DNA from: an archaeon
GTDB taxonomy: Archaea; Nanobdellota; Nanobdellia; Woesearchaeales; UBA9642
Length of the DNA: 32,000 nucleotides
Direction: 5' to 3'
NCBI GenBank assembly: GCA_020057295.1
Contig: JAGVGF010000003.1
Span: 154,236-186,235, forward strand
Shown here: one piece after another, positions 15,707-24,950 of the stretch
How positions within the stretch are numbered: the first letter of the stretch is position 1
Layout: every line of letters starts with the position of its first letter
Translations under genes and position numbers: made by a program
Notes under the pieces: model-generated
Told to the model about the DNA's origin: nothing
The model's input: the letters and a program-made list of their open reading frames with translations, nothing else
Databases searched by the model: none

Positions 15707-15802
15707 ATGAAAATATTTACAAAAATATTATTGTTGTCATACGCGACAGTTTTTGTAGTGTCAGCAATAGTAGATATTATATTAAAAAGCTTAAAAGGAT
15801 AA
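15707..15802 (+). CDS. Possible 31-aa hydrophobic micro-protein (MKIFTKILLLSYATVFVVSAIVDIILKSLKG)
   Basis: Short ORF in the SBP-livH spacer encoding one TM-length hydrophobic stretch. The SD is only weak (AAGAGA). It could be chance in AT-rich DNA. Confidence 0.25.
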   Translation: MKIFTKILLLSYATVFVVSAIVDIILKSLKG

Positions 15803-15836
15803 AAATATAAACACATTATGCCAAAAAGAGGTAAAT

Positions 15837-16718
15837 ATGATACTTGCACAATTAATTGCTAACAGCATCATCATTGGTAGCATTTATGCATTAGTTGCTG
15901 CAGGCTTCGCGTTAGTCTATTCTACAAATAAATTCATGCACTTTGCACATGGTGTTATGGTTGCATTTAGTGGATACATGTTATTTTTGATGTTTTCTAT
16001 ATTAGGCGTAAATTTTTACATATCTTGTTTTATTACTTTAATACTTGCAGGATTATTAGGTTGGATTTCTTATAGGGTTGTTTATGAACCTTTACAGAAA
16101 CGTAAATCTTCTAATGTTATACTATTAATAGCATCATTAGGATTATTAATATTGTTAGAGAATACTTTAATGATTTTTTTTGGTCCAGACATAAAGACTA
16201 TAAATTATTTCGGCATCGCTAAAGGAATAGATATTCTAGGAGCAATAGTTACTCCTATACAGATTGCAATTATAATAATCACGTTAGTTTTACTTGTAGG
16301 ATTATATTTTTTTATGAATAAATCTAAGATTGGTAGAAATATGCGTGCAGTAGCAGATAATAAAGAATTAACAAGTATAACGGGAATAAATTATAGATCT
16401 ATTGCAGATTTATCATTCATAATAGGTTCAGTGCTTGCTGGAATTGCAGGAATACTTATAGCAATAGAACAAAATTTGACTCCAGCAATGGGTACTGGAT
16501 TAATAATTAAAGGATTTACTGGAGCGGTAATTGGAAGTATAATGTCTGTTCCAGGATCAATAATTGGAAGTTACATCCTAGGATTTGCAGAAAATTTTGG
16601 AGTATGGTTTTTACCATCAGAATATAAAGATGCGATAGCATTCATATTATTATTTATATTCCTATTATTCAAACCAAACGGACTTTTCGGAGTAGACAAA
16701 GGAGTAAGAAACAAGTGA
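15837..16718 (+). CDS. livH: Branched-chain amino acid ABC transporter permease LivH
   Basis: 293 aa and polytopic. The N-terminus LIANSIIIGSIYALVAAGFALVYS matches the LivH family signature. GAGGT SD. Confidence 0.9.
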   Translation: MILAQLIANSIIIGSIYALVAAGFALVYSTNKFMHFAHGVMVAFSGYMLFLMFSILGVNFYISCFITLILAGLLGWISYRVVYEPLQKRKSSNVILLIASLGLLILLENTLMIFFGPDIKTINYFGIAKGIDILGAIVTPIQIAIIIITLVLLVGLYFFMNKSKIGRNMRAVADNKELTSITGINYRSIADLSFIIGSVLAGIAGILIAIEQNLTPAMGTGLIIKGFTGAVIGSIMSVPGSIIGSYILGFAENFGVWFLPSEYKDAIAFILLFIFLLFKPNGLFGVDKGVRNK

Positions 16719-16722
16719 AAAA

Positions 16723-17598
16723 ATGATAGAAGCATACCTTATACATTTACTAATCCTGGTAGGAATTTATAGTGTATTAGCTGTAAGTCTAAATTTAGCT
16801 CTAGGAAATACCGGATTAATGAATATGGGTCATATTGCATTTTTCGGAATAGGAGCTTACACTTCTGTAATATTCACGAAAGATTTGGGTGTTCCATTCT
16901 TTGCAGCATTTCTGATTGCTGGACTATTAACGAGTGTATTTGGATTTATACTAGTGTATGCTACGAGAAAATTACGTGGAGATTATCTTGCTCTTGCAAC
17001 TTTAGGATTTAGCTTCGTGATTTATAGTTTAATGCTTAATTGGAGTTCTGTAACAAGAGGACCATTAGGAATACCTGGAATAAGTAAACCTTGCTTCTTC
17101 GGATTATGTATCGCTAATAATTTACAATATCTAATATTTGTGTTAATAATCTCAGCAATATCAATTGCTATAATGTATATTATTGTAAATTCTAGTTTTG
17201 GAAAGTTACTTGCTGCAACAAGAGATGATGATATTGGATTGAGAGCATTAGGAAAAAATACATTCATGTTAAAATCAAAGGCATTGATGATATCGGCTTT
17301 CTTTGCTGGCATTGCAGGAAGTTTATTTGCACACTACATAACTTATATTGATCCATCATCATTCATGCTTTCAGAAGTTATACTAATATTTACTATAGTT
17401 ATTGTTGGAGGAATAGCTTCAATAAAGGGAAGTATTGTATCAACATTCCTTATAATATTAATTCCTGAATTGTTAAGATTCCTTAACATTCCAAGCAGTG
17501 TGCTTGGACCAGCAAGACAGATAATTTATGCATTAATACTTTTAGTGATAGTTTTATGGAGGCCTAAAGGTTTATTTGGAAAAATAGATCTTGAATAA
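16723..17598 (+). CDS. livM: Branched-chain amino acid ABC transporter permease LivM
   Basis: 291 aa and polytopic. LNLALGNTGLMNMGHIAFFGIGAYT matches the LivM signature (GqlSlGhaaFfgiGAY). Confidence 0.9.
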   Translation: MIEAYLIHLLILVGIYSVLAVSLNLALGNTGLMNMGHIAFFGIGAYTSVIFTKDLGVPFFAAFLIAGLLTSVFGFILVYATRKLRGDYLALATLGFSFVIYSLMLNWSSVTRGPLGIPGISKPCFFGLCIANNLQYLIFVLIISAISIAIMYIIVNSSFGKLLAATRDDDIGLRALGKNTFMLKSKALMISAFFAGIAGSLFAHYITYIDPSSFMLSEVILIFTIVIVGGIASIKGSIVSTFLIILIPELLRFLNIPSSVLGPARQIIYALILLVIVLWRPKGLFGKIDLE

Positions 17599-17610
17599 TT
17601 AAGTGAAAAA

Positions 17611-18354
17611 ATGATATTGCAAATAACTAATTTAACAAAACATTATGGAGGAATTCATGCACTTGATAAGTGCACATTAGATATTGCTCCTAAAAAGATA
17701 ACTGCAATAATTGGTCCAAATGGTTCAGGAAAAACTACGTTGTTCGATGCAATAACTAAACTAATAACAGTAGATGAAGGACGAGTAGTTTTAAATGGTA
17801 AGGACATAACTAACATGAATGATTATGATATTGCAAAATCAGGAATTTCAAGAACATTCCAACAAGTTAGATTATTCAAAAATTTAACAATCAAAGAGCA
17901 TCTAGAAATCGCGTTAAGAGTTGATGACGAAAAATTATTCAAAGTTTTATTAAATAAGGTATTTATTAAAGAAAAAAATAATACTCACAAAATTAAAGAA
18001 ATTCTTGCACTAGTGGGTTTAGACAAACCTCTTGAAACTTATGCTTCAGATTTAAGTTATGGGCAACGTAAACTTTTAGATTTAGCAATAGCTATTGCAA
18101 AACCACATACAATATTATTATTGGATGAGCCTGTGGCAGGAGTAAATCCAAAATTAAGAGTAGAAATTGTCAACATAATAAAGAAGTTAAAATCTTTAGG
18201 AGAAACAATTGTGTTAATAGAGCACGATATGAATTTTGTAATGGGTCTAGCAGATACAGTGTTTGTATTAGAGGCAGGACGGGTGATTGCGAATGGAAAA
18301 CCATCAGAAATACAAAACAACAAAAGAGTATTAGAGGCATATTTAGGAGGATAA
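17611..18354 (+). CDS. livG: Branched-chain amino acid ABC transporter ATP-binding protein LivG
   Basis: Walker A GPNGSGKTT, ABC signature LSYGQRK, Walker B ILLLDEP, and the family C-terminal ending EAYLGG. Confidence 0.9.
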   Translation: MILQITNLTKHYGGIHALDKCTLDIAPKKITAIIGPNGSGKTTLFDAITKLITVDEGRVVLNGKDITNMNDYDIAKSGISRTFQQVRLFKNLTIKEHLEIALRVDDEKLFKVLLNKVFIKEKNNTHKIKEILALVGLDKPLETYASDLSYGQRKLLDLAIAIAKPHTILLLDEPVAGVNPKLRVEIVNIIKKLKSLGETIVLIEHDMNFVMGLADTVFVLEAGRVIANGKPSEIQNNKRVLEAYLGG

Positions 18355-18378
18355 ATACTTAAGAGTATTAAAATTAAA

Positions 18379-19086
18379 ATGTTATCAATAAAAAATTTAC
18401 ATGCAGGATATAATGGACTGAAAGTCCTGAAGGGCATAGATGTACATGTCAAACCAAATGAGATAGTTGCATTAATAGGTCCGAATGGCGCAGGAAAATC
18501 TACTGTCATAAAAGCAATATTCAACATAGCAAACGTTTATGATGGTAAAATTATTTTTAAAGATAAAGATATAACTAATATGAAAACACATCAGTTAATG
18601 AAATTAGGAATAAGTTATGTAAACCAAGGAAGAATAAATTTTGGAAATCTTACTGTTGAAGAAAATCTTACAATAGGCGCAGATTCAATCCATGATTCTA
18701 GTGTAGTAAAGAAAAATTTAGATGCAGTATATAAGAAATTTCCTGTACTTAAAGAGAGAAGAAAAAGTTTAGCTTACGGATTAAGCGGTGGGCAACAACA
18801 AATGTTAGCGTTAGGAAGAGCATTAATGCACAAGCCATCATTATTATTACTTGATGAACCATCGTTAGGATTAAGCCCGTTATTACAGAAACAATTATTC
18901 AAAATAATTCAAGACTTGCGCGATGATGGAATTTCTATATTAATTGTTGAACAGAATGCTAAGCGAGCTATAGAAATGGCTGACAGAACTTATGTTCTTG
19001 AAGATGGTAAAATTGCATTGATGGGCGGAAAAGATATCGTAAACCATGAAAAGATAAAAAGTGTATATCTTGGCGGTAGATATTAA
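18379..19086 (+). CDS. livF: Branched-chain amino acid ABC transporter ATP-binding protein LivF
   Basis: Walker A GPNGAGKST, signature LSGGQQQ, Walker B LLLLDEP, and the C-terminal ending VYLGG. Confidence 0.9.
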   Translation: MLSIKNLHAGYNGLKVLKGIDVHVKPNEIVALIGPNGAGKSTVIKAIFNIANVYDGKIIFKDKDITNMKTHQLMKLGISYVNQGRINFGNLTVEENLTIGADSIHDSSVVKKNLDAVYKKFPVLKERRKSLAYGLSGGQQQMLALGRALMHKPSLLLLDEPSLGLSPLLQKQLFKIIQDLRDDGISILIVEQNAKRAIEMADRTYVLEDGKIALMGGKDIVNHEKIKSVYLGGRY

Positions 19087-19153
19087 TGGACATATCAATA
19101 AACTAAATATTACTTAGTACTTATTTTTCTAGAGGTGAGTTAGGGAAAAATGA

Positions 19154-19696
19154 ATGGGCTTAGAAAAATTAATCAAAAACGAGAACACGAGAACTGTCGT
19201 AGCGGATGTTACTGCACAAATAACTAATGCTCTTATATTTGGATCTTTCTTAGATTATAATGCTGGTCTGAGGACATTCTGGCCTTTTTTTACTTCAAGA
19301 TTACTTAATACATCTATCGCTGCTTCAACAGCAGATCATTACAACAAGATACGCGAATATTTTTATGATAAAACAAATACAAATGATGCTAGCGGTTTTT
19401 GGAGAAAATACTTTGTAGAACTTGCAGCGTTTAACACTTTACCAACGATGGGATATGGTGTAGCTCTAGGAATTGTAAGCATTGCTTCATCTTATATGAC
19501 GGATTTTAAAATAGATAGTAATACATTAAATAAAGCATTACATGATGGATGGCACGCGTACACAAGCATCGTCCTATATACTCCTGTGACATCTATTCTT
19601 ACATCGAAATGGAATGATTGGTTCAGAAAAATGTTTAATGTATATACTCCTGCCGAGAAATCAACACTACATCATATGAAAGATATTACGCCATAA
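19154..19696 (+). CDS. Small four-TM membrane protein, possibly of the AlaE (L-alanine exporter) family
   Basis: From memory of E. coli AlaE, the following features line up in the same order (ours vs AlaE). VVADVT vs AVADTF. FFTSRLLN vs FYSRLVA..N. YNKIREYF vs YGMYRDLF. SGFWRKY vs SGWIKN. LAAFNTLP..GY vs LAYVTFQSPVY. The C-terminal WFRKMFNV vs CRRLFKV. GAGGTGA lies upstream. Confidence 0.6.
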   Translation: MGLEKLIKNENTRTVVADVTAQITNALIFGSFLDYNAGLRTFWPFFTSRLLNTSIAASTADHYNKIREYFYDKTNTNDASGFWRKYFVELAAFNTLPTMGYGVALGIVSIASSYMTDFKIDSNTLNKALHDGWHAYTSIVLYTPVTSILTSKWNDWFRKMFNVYTPAEKSTLHHMKDITP

Positions 19697-19728
19697 GATT
19701 TATTATAATTAATAATTATTTTTTAAAA

Positions 19729-20865
19729 TTATTCTCTATGTAGTTCGTATCTTAATATCGCAGCGATTTTTCCTATCTCTCTTAATTGTACCCCTTCACG
19801 TGTTTCTATCGAGATAAGATTCACTTGAGAACTCATTTTTTCAGCTTCTTCTGTAAATTCATCTATTACTTCATCTTCTAATGATTCTGATAATAATAAT
19901 GTGTCTACCGCTCCTAGTTTTATGCATTGCATAACTTCATCTTTACCATATGCTGCCCTCATAGGGCTCTTTCCTAGAGTGTCAAAGAATTTTTGCATTA
20001 TCTTCTTTTCTTCCCCAACTTCTTCTTCGGCAAGAATATCTTCTGACTTTTCCACTAACTCTTGTAATCCAAATTCTTCTGTATACGATAAATCTTTTAT
20101 TCCTATAATTTTCTTTTTAACTTCATTAGTAATAAATGCGCCGTCTGCAAACTCATACTTTGTTGGTCCAGGACCACCTATTATTATACCTTTTAATTCC
20201 GGCCCCATATTTAGAAATTGGTCTTTCATTATCTCTCCAATCTTTTTATAGAATGCTTTTGCAGCAAGTTCCCTGTTCTGTGCGAATCTTACTGAAGACT
20301 GTCCACCAGCTCTCATCTTTCCCGGAACCATCGAATCTTCTTTAACTAATGGTATAATTGTTTTTCCTTTTAATATAGCAACAGTTGCATCACGCTTATC
20401 CATCACTACTAAACCATATATTGTCCTATCTTGAGATAATTCTATTAATGGATCGAGAATAAATTCTTTATCACAGCGATATATTCTGATATTAATTGGT
20501 GATGGTGGCTCTATAGACCATACGCGATAATCTTGAAATCCGTCCCTTTCAGCAACATTTCCAGCGAACGCGGCAAGTCCATATGCTGGAGTTCTTCCTA
20601 TCTGTTTCAAATGCTGAATCATTCTTTCAAGTGCAGAAATAACATTATCTCGTGTGCCTTTACTTTTAATGTTAGAAGCAGTTCCCTGTTCTTGTTGCAA
20701 ATGATTAATAACACTAATTAAATCATAACCCGAAGGTACATAAACTGATACTAATTCTGTATGTCTACCCTTAAAATTTATTAGTTCTTTAACAAAATGT
20801 TTCAGTTTCTGTCTCTGTTGCGGTGTTATCTTTCCCTTTCCTTCCTTTGTAGCTTCATTTGCCAT
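19729..20865 (-). CDS. prf1: Peptide chain release factor aRF1
   Basis: NIKS stop-codon recognition motif (TASNIKSK) and GGQ motif (RAGGQSS). 378 aa. A TATA-like ATTTAAAA lies about 30 nt upstream, suggesting a leaderless transcript. Confidence 0.95.
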   Translation of the reverse strand: MANEATKEGKGKITPQQRQKLKHFVKELINFKGRHTELVSVYVPSGYDLISVINHLQQEQGTASNIKSKGTRDNVISALERMIQHLKQIGRTPAYGLAAFAGNVAERDGFQDYRVWSIEPPSPINIRIYRCDKEFILDPLIELSQDRTIYGLVVMDKRDATVAILKGKTIIPLVKEDSMVPGKMRAGGQSSVRFAQNRELAAKAFYKKIGEIMKDQFLNMGPELKGIIIGGPGPTKYEFADGAFITNEVKKKIIGIKDLSYTEEFGLQELVEKSEDILAEEEVGEEKKIMQKFFDTLGKSPMRAAYGKDEVMQCIKLGAVDTLLLSESLEDEVIDEFTEEAEKMSSQVNLISIETREGVQLREIGKIAAILRYELHRE

Positions 20866-20911
20866 ATTATTAGAATAAGAGGATGGTTTTTAAATGTTAT
20901 TGCCTTACTTG

Positions 20912-21463
20912 CTAAGAATTTACTTTAATGTTTAATGCAGTCGTATTAGCTCTTTTTAATTTTTCGAATTCTGCTTTTAACTCTTCCCATTGAGTTCCTA
21001 TACTCATTTTATTATATCTAGATAGGATTGGATGCATCATTCCAGGAATATTCCTGTTGCTTGCTATGTATTGCCAATAGTCATATAATTGTTCTAACTC
21101 TTCTAACAATTCATTATTATCATCAACAACATTTTTGAAAGTGATATTTTGATTCGTAATTTTAGACATTTTATCTATAATATTATCTCTATCTGTTTTT
21201 ATTTTTTCCATGCTTTTTGTCAATGTATCTCTCATAATCGTCGCAATTTGCATCAAAACTACAGGTCTTTCAATAAGCATCTTAGGAGTTTCATTATGAT
21301 GTTGATTAAAAAACAATCCCAAGCCAGAATCGAAGTTATCTCTAACCTTTTGTATGTCTTGATTTTGATTAACAACTGCTACCTTAAATTGTTCAATTCC
21401 AGCTTTCTCGTTCACCCAAGAATTCTCTCCAGCCTTAGCGCGTGCAATGTTTGGTGTTACCAT
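20912..21463 (-). CDS. Hypothetical helical protein (183 aa)
   Basis: ORF with a minus-strand TTTAAATA box whose first base is exactly 30 nt from the ATG. Charged, helical-looking C-terminal half. No recognisable motif. Confidence 0.65.
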   Translation of the reverse strand: MVTPNIARAKAGENSWVNEKAGIEQFKVAVVNQNQDIQKVRDNFDSGLGLFFNQHHNETPKMLIERPVVLMQIATIMRDTLTKSMEKIKTDRDNIIDKMSKITNQNITFKNVVDDNNELLEELEQLYDYWQYIASNRNIPGMMHPILSRYNKMSIGTQWEELKAEFEKLKRANTTALNIKVNS

Positions 21464-21503
21464 ACATATTCAATTAAGTCATGAATATTTAAATTTTGTC
21501 AAA

Positions 21504-21519
21504 AATTTTATAAACAATA
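21504..21519 (+). promoter_or_regulatory. Promoter (AATTTTATAAACAATA) for leaderless nop5-fibrillarin
   Basis: TATA start 21506 lies 30 nt before ATG 21536. The 16-mer is identical to the one at 27093-27108. Confidence 0.6.
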
Positions 21520-21535
21520 CAATTAATCCATACAT

Positions 21536-22423
21536 ATGGAGTTCAGACATTCTACAGGATTGTTTCAAGAAGGAAAGGCTGTAAAGTATTATGATGATGT
21601 AGAATCATTAAATGTATCTTTAGAACAATTCAATAATCCTTTACCAATATCGCGTTTAGCATTAAAAGAGTTACGTAAAGTAGAATATAAAGAAAAGATT
21701 ATTCATGCAAACATGCTTCTTGTAAAGAAATTAATTGCTGATTCCGTAAATACTGATACACATATTATCCAAGCTATCAATTCCATTGAAGAATTAGATA
21801 AAGTATGTAATACACTTGTTAAAAGAATCAGGGAATGGTATGGATATTATTATCCTGAATTAGAACATCAAATCCAGGATAATGAGGCATTCATTAAATT
21901 ACTATTAGAAAAGTCTAAAAACGAATTTATGGTTGAGTCGAATCAGCAAGTTTCTATGGGTCCAGATTTAGATCCTAAAGATTTAGACACAATATTAACA
22001 TTTGCAAGACAAGTTGATGATTTATATCTTCAAAGATCAAAATTAGTAACATATATTGATAATGTCATGATTAAATATTGTCCAAACATGTACTCATTAA
22101 CAGGAGCAATTATAGGAGCAAAACTACTTGAGAGAGCAAGATCATTAAAACATTTAGCAATGCTACCAAGTTCAACAGTACAATTACTCGGAGCAGAGAA
22201 AGCATTATTCAGACATTTACGTAATAAAAATATTAGGCCACCAAAACATGGTTTAATATTAAGTCATCCATTAGTGATGGGTGCACGAAGAGATATGCGT
22301 GGAACAGCAGCAAGGCTATTTGCATCAAAAGTTAGTATTGCAGCAAAGATAGATTACTTCCACGGAGAATTCATAGGAGATAAATTACTCCAAGAACTAG
22401 AGAAAAAATTGAAAGGAAAATAA
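21536..22423 (+). CDS. nop5: C/D box sRNP protein Nop5 (Nop56/58 homologue), short form
   Basis: The Nop domain motifs are RIREWYGYYYPEL, AIIGAKLLERARSLKHLAMLPSSTVQLLGAEKALFRH and PKHGLI. It sits immediately upstream of fibrillarin (stop, 1 nt, ATG). Confidence 0.9.
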   Translation: MEFRHSTGLFQEGKAVKYYDDVESLNVSLEQFNNPLPISRLALKELRKVEYKEKIIHANMLLVKKLIADSVNTDTHIIQAINSIEELDKVCNTLVKRIREWYGYYYPELEHQIQDNEAFIKLLLEKSKNEFMVESNQQVSMGPDLDPKDLDTILTFARQVDDLYLQRSKLVTYIDNVMIKYCPNMYSLTGAIIGAKLLERARSLKHLAMLPSSTVQLLGAEKALFRHLRNKNIRPPKHGLILSHPLVMGARRDMRGTAARLFASKVSIAAKIDYFHGEFIGDKLLQELEKKLKGK

Positions 22424-22424
22424 A

Positions 22425-23126
22425 ATGCCAGAGATAAAACAGTTTAAACATTTCAAGGGAGTATATTGTATTGGTAGTGGTAATCGAACTACTTTGCTCA
22501 CTAAGAATCTTGTTCCTGGAAAAATTGTTTATGGAGAATCATTATTTTATGATAAGGATGCTGAAGGTAATAAAGTAGAATATCGTGAATGGGATCCTGA
22601 ACGTTCAAAACTTGGCGCTGCTTTAATGCGTGAAGTTAGTCAGATTAGTATTAAAGAAAATGATTATGTATTATATCTTGGGTGCTCTACTGGAACTACT
22701 GTTAGTCACGTTTCTGATATTGTTGGAAAGAATGGTTTAGTTTACGCACTTGATTTTGCACCAAGAGTGTTAAGAGATATGGTATTTGTTGCTGAAGATA
22801 GAACTAATATAGCACCAATAATGGCTGACGCAAATAAACCAGATACGTACGCGCATTTGATATCTGAAGTAGACACAGTATTTATGGATATTGCACAGAA
22901 GAATCAGGCTGAAATATTTATTAAAAATTGTCAATTATATCTTAAAGAAGGCGGATTTGGACTACTTGCTGTAAAGGCAAGAAGTGTTGATGTAACAAGA
23001 TATCCTAAGGATGTATTCAGACAAATACGTGCACTTTTAGAGAAAGAAATGACAATCACAGATTACAGAGAATTAGATCCTTATGAGATGGATCATGCAA
23101 TATTTGTTGTTAAGAAGAAAATATAA
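22425..23126 (+). CDS. flpA: Fibrillarin-like rRNA/tRNA 2'-O-methyltransferase
   Basis: EYREWDPERSKLGAAL and the SAM motif VLYLGCSTGTTVSHVSDIVG. Archaeal nop5-flpA synteny. Confidence 0.95.
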   Translation: MPEIKQFKHFKGVYCIGSGNRTTLLTKNLVPGKIVYGESLFYDKDAEGNKVEYREWDPERSKLGAALMREVSQISIKENDYVLYLGCSTGTTVSHVSDIVGKNGLVYALDFAPRVLRDMVFVAEDRTNIAPIMADANKPDTYAHLISEVDTVFMDIAQKNQAEIFIKNCQLYLKEGGFGLLAVKARSVDVTRYPKDVFRQIRALLEKEMTITDYRELDPYEMDHAIFVVKKKI

Positions 23127-23176
23127 ATTACTAAAAGATTAATTCTTAAAATAATATAAAAATAAAAATATTTTAT

Positions 23177-24061
23177 TTAGTTTAATGATGGTCTGTAATT
23201 TATTCCCTTATTTAACAAGTCTAGTTGTTTAACAACTTCTATAGCATATTCTTTTGGAGCATTTTCTGCTAATTTCCATGGATGTGTTATTCCTGAAGAA
23301 CTATTTATTCTTGCAAGACCGCCATTATATGTTCCGTTATGCAATGCATTTCTTATTCTCATTAAATCTCCTTCTTGATCGCCTACGCCAGGAATTAATA
23401 ATGGTATTCCGCAAAATGATCCATCATCTACAATTATTTCTAAATCTTTTGGGTGTGTTGCTCCAAATACCATTCCAACATTTGAGTGTGGTCTTGCCCA
23501 ATCAAGAACTTTACTTGCAACAACACCATACAATTGTCTTCCTTGTGATGTTCCAAGTAGTTGAAAATCTTCAGATCCTTTGTTTGATGTTAATGTTAAA
23601 ACATAAACTCCTTTTTCTGGAGATAAATCTGCAAATGGCATTACGGAATCAGTTCCCATATATCCATGAACTGTTACTGCATCAACATTCCAATTAATTA
23701 ATCCCGCTATTGCATAATTTTTTGATGATTTACCAATATCTCCTCGCTTAAAATCTAGTATTATAGGAACATTTGGAAGTTCTTTTCTAACCATTTGTAT
23801 TCCGTGTGCGAGTGTTAATGATCCTTCAAAATTCCCTTCGTGAGGTTTGTCGTGAATTTCGTAAAATCCGTGATTGAATTTAATCGCTCCTGGAAGAACT
23901 CCTTGATGATTCATTTTTGTAAATACTTTGTATAAGAATTCTAGTGATTTATCATTAAAACTTCCTTTTTCTGGTATTGCGCCATCTACTAGATCTAGTC
24001 CCATACATGCTATGCTTTCATTTTCTAATGCAGAACGTATTAATTTATCTTTGAAATCCAT
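23177..24061 (-). CDS. pyrF: Orotidine 5'-phosphate decarboxylase, type 2
   Basis: 294 aa. PIILDFKRGDIGKSSKNY matches the DxKxxDIxxT active-site motif. Adjacent to pyrE. Confidence 0.9.
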   Translation of the reverse strand: MDFKDKLIRSALENESIACMGLDLVDGAIPEKGSFNDKSLEFLYKVFTKMNHQGVLPGAIKFNHGFYEIHDKPHEGNFEGSLTLAHGIQMVRKELPNVPIILDFKRGDIGKSSKNYAIAGLINWNVDAVTVHGYMGTDSVMPFADLSPEKGVYVLTLTSNKGSEDFQLLGTSQGRQLYGVVASKVLDWARPHSNVGMVFGATHPKDLEIIVDDGSFCGIPLLIPGVGDQEGDLMRIRNALHNGTYNGGLARINSSSGITHPWKLAENAPKEYAIEVVKQLDLLNKGINYRPSLN

Positions 24062-24117
24062 TTTATTTACCTCGTTATTTAGTCTGATAATTTATCTTTG
24101 TATAATTATTTTATAAA

Positions 24118-24840
24118 CTATTTTTTTACTTGAGGAAATCCGTGTTTTTCTCCCCAACCAAATGGATCTTCACGCCATTCTTCTAACATTTTTAGTTGTT
24201 CAGAAGTTATCTTTTTGTCATCTAATGCAATTTGTAATAATCTATCATATGTCAATATAGGTATCAATTTGCATGGTTCTGTTAATTTATGCCCTTCTTT
24301 ATTGTATGCTTCTGTTCCTGCAAACATTGCTTGTGCTTTTGGCAGACCATAACTGAATATTGAAACGCAGAAATTTATCTTTCCATTAGCATCTCTTATT
24401 CCTTGAACGGCATTTACAGAACTTCCTCCTGTAGACACAAGATCTTCTATTAGAATTACTGTTCTTCCTTCCAAATCTTTATCTTCTGATAAACCTTCTA
24501 TTCTATTTTTTAAACCATGATCTTTAGGTTTTTCTCTAATATAAATAAATGGAGAATTTTTAAGGTTTGCAAGTGTTGTAGCTGGAGAAATTCCTGCAGT
24601 ACTTGTTCCTGCTATGACTGTTCCGTCATTATAATCTGTTTGTGTTAATGCATTGTTTAATGCATGTGCAACCATTAATCTGTCTTGTGGTTCAAATAAT
24701 AGCAATCTATTATCGTTATATATTGGCATAAAAAATCCTGATGCCCATTGAAATGGTTTTTCGGGTCTTAATATTATTCCGCCTATTTGTAAAGATCTTC
24801 TAGCTATTCTCTCACTAAATCCGTTATATTCAATTGCCAT
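24118..24840 (-). CDS. pyrE: Orotate phosphoribosyltransferase (Bacillus-type)
   Basis: PEKPFQWASGFFMPIYNDNRLLL and the PRPP loop VILIEDLVSTGGSSV closely follow B. subtilis PyrE as I recall it. GGGGGGAT SD. Confidence 0.9.
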   Translation of the reverse strand: MAIEYNGFSERIARRSLQIGGIILRPEKPFQWASGFFMPIYNDNRLLLFEPQDRLMVAHALNNALTQTDYNDGTVIAGTSTAGISPATTLANLKNSPFIYIREKPKDHGLKNRIEGLSEDKDLEGRTVILIEDLVSTGGSSVNAVQGIRDANGKINFCVSIFSYGLPKAQAMFAGTEAYNKEGHKLTEPCKLIPILTYDRLLQIALDDKKITSEQLKMLEEWREDPFGWGEKHGFPQVKK

Positions 24841-24950
24841 GACAATCCCCCCATAAAATATGAATAAGATTCCTTATAGTATAAGCTTTATATATTTTAC
24901 TATTCTGAAGTGTATACACTATCTTTGTTTTTTAATTTTTTTTATGAGAA

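Noticed and set aside
13790-17312. Minus-strand ORFs 13790-14110, 15640-15849 and 17022-17312, and the plus-strand ORFs 10214-10516 and 25086-25268
   Set aside because: All but 15640-15849 are antisense to well-supported genes, and the translations look like AT-rich shadow frames. 15640-15849 only spans the intergenic hairpin and micro-ORF region and the livH start, without any start signal.
18057-18527. 156-aa minus-strand ORF spanning the livG/livF junction
   Set aside because: It is antisense to two ABC ATPase genes with clear Walker motifs. It is a typical antisense open frame.
19901-21484. Plus-strand ORFs 19901-20251, 20136-20345, 20533-20721 and 21149-21484
   Set aside because: They are antisense to aRF1 and to the 20912-21463 gene. 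aRF1 motifs unambiguously define the coding strand.
23254-24116. Plus-strand ORFs 23254-23697 and 23928-24116
   Set aside because: They are antisense to pyrF, whose active-site motif fixes the coding strand.
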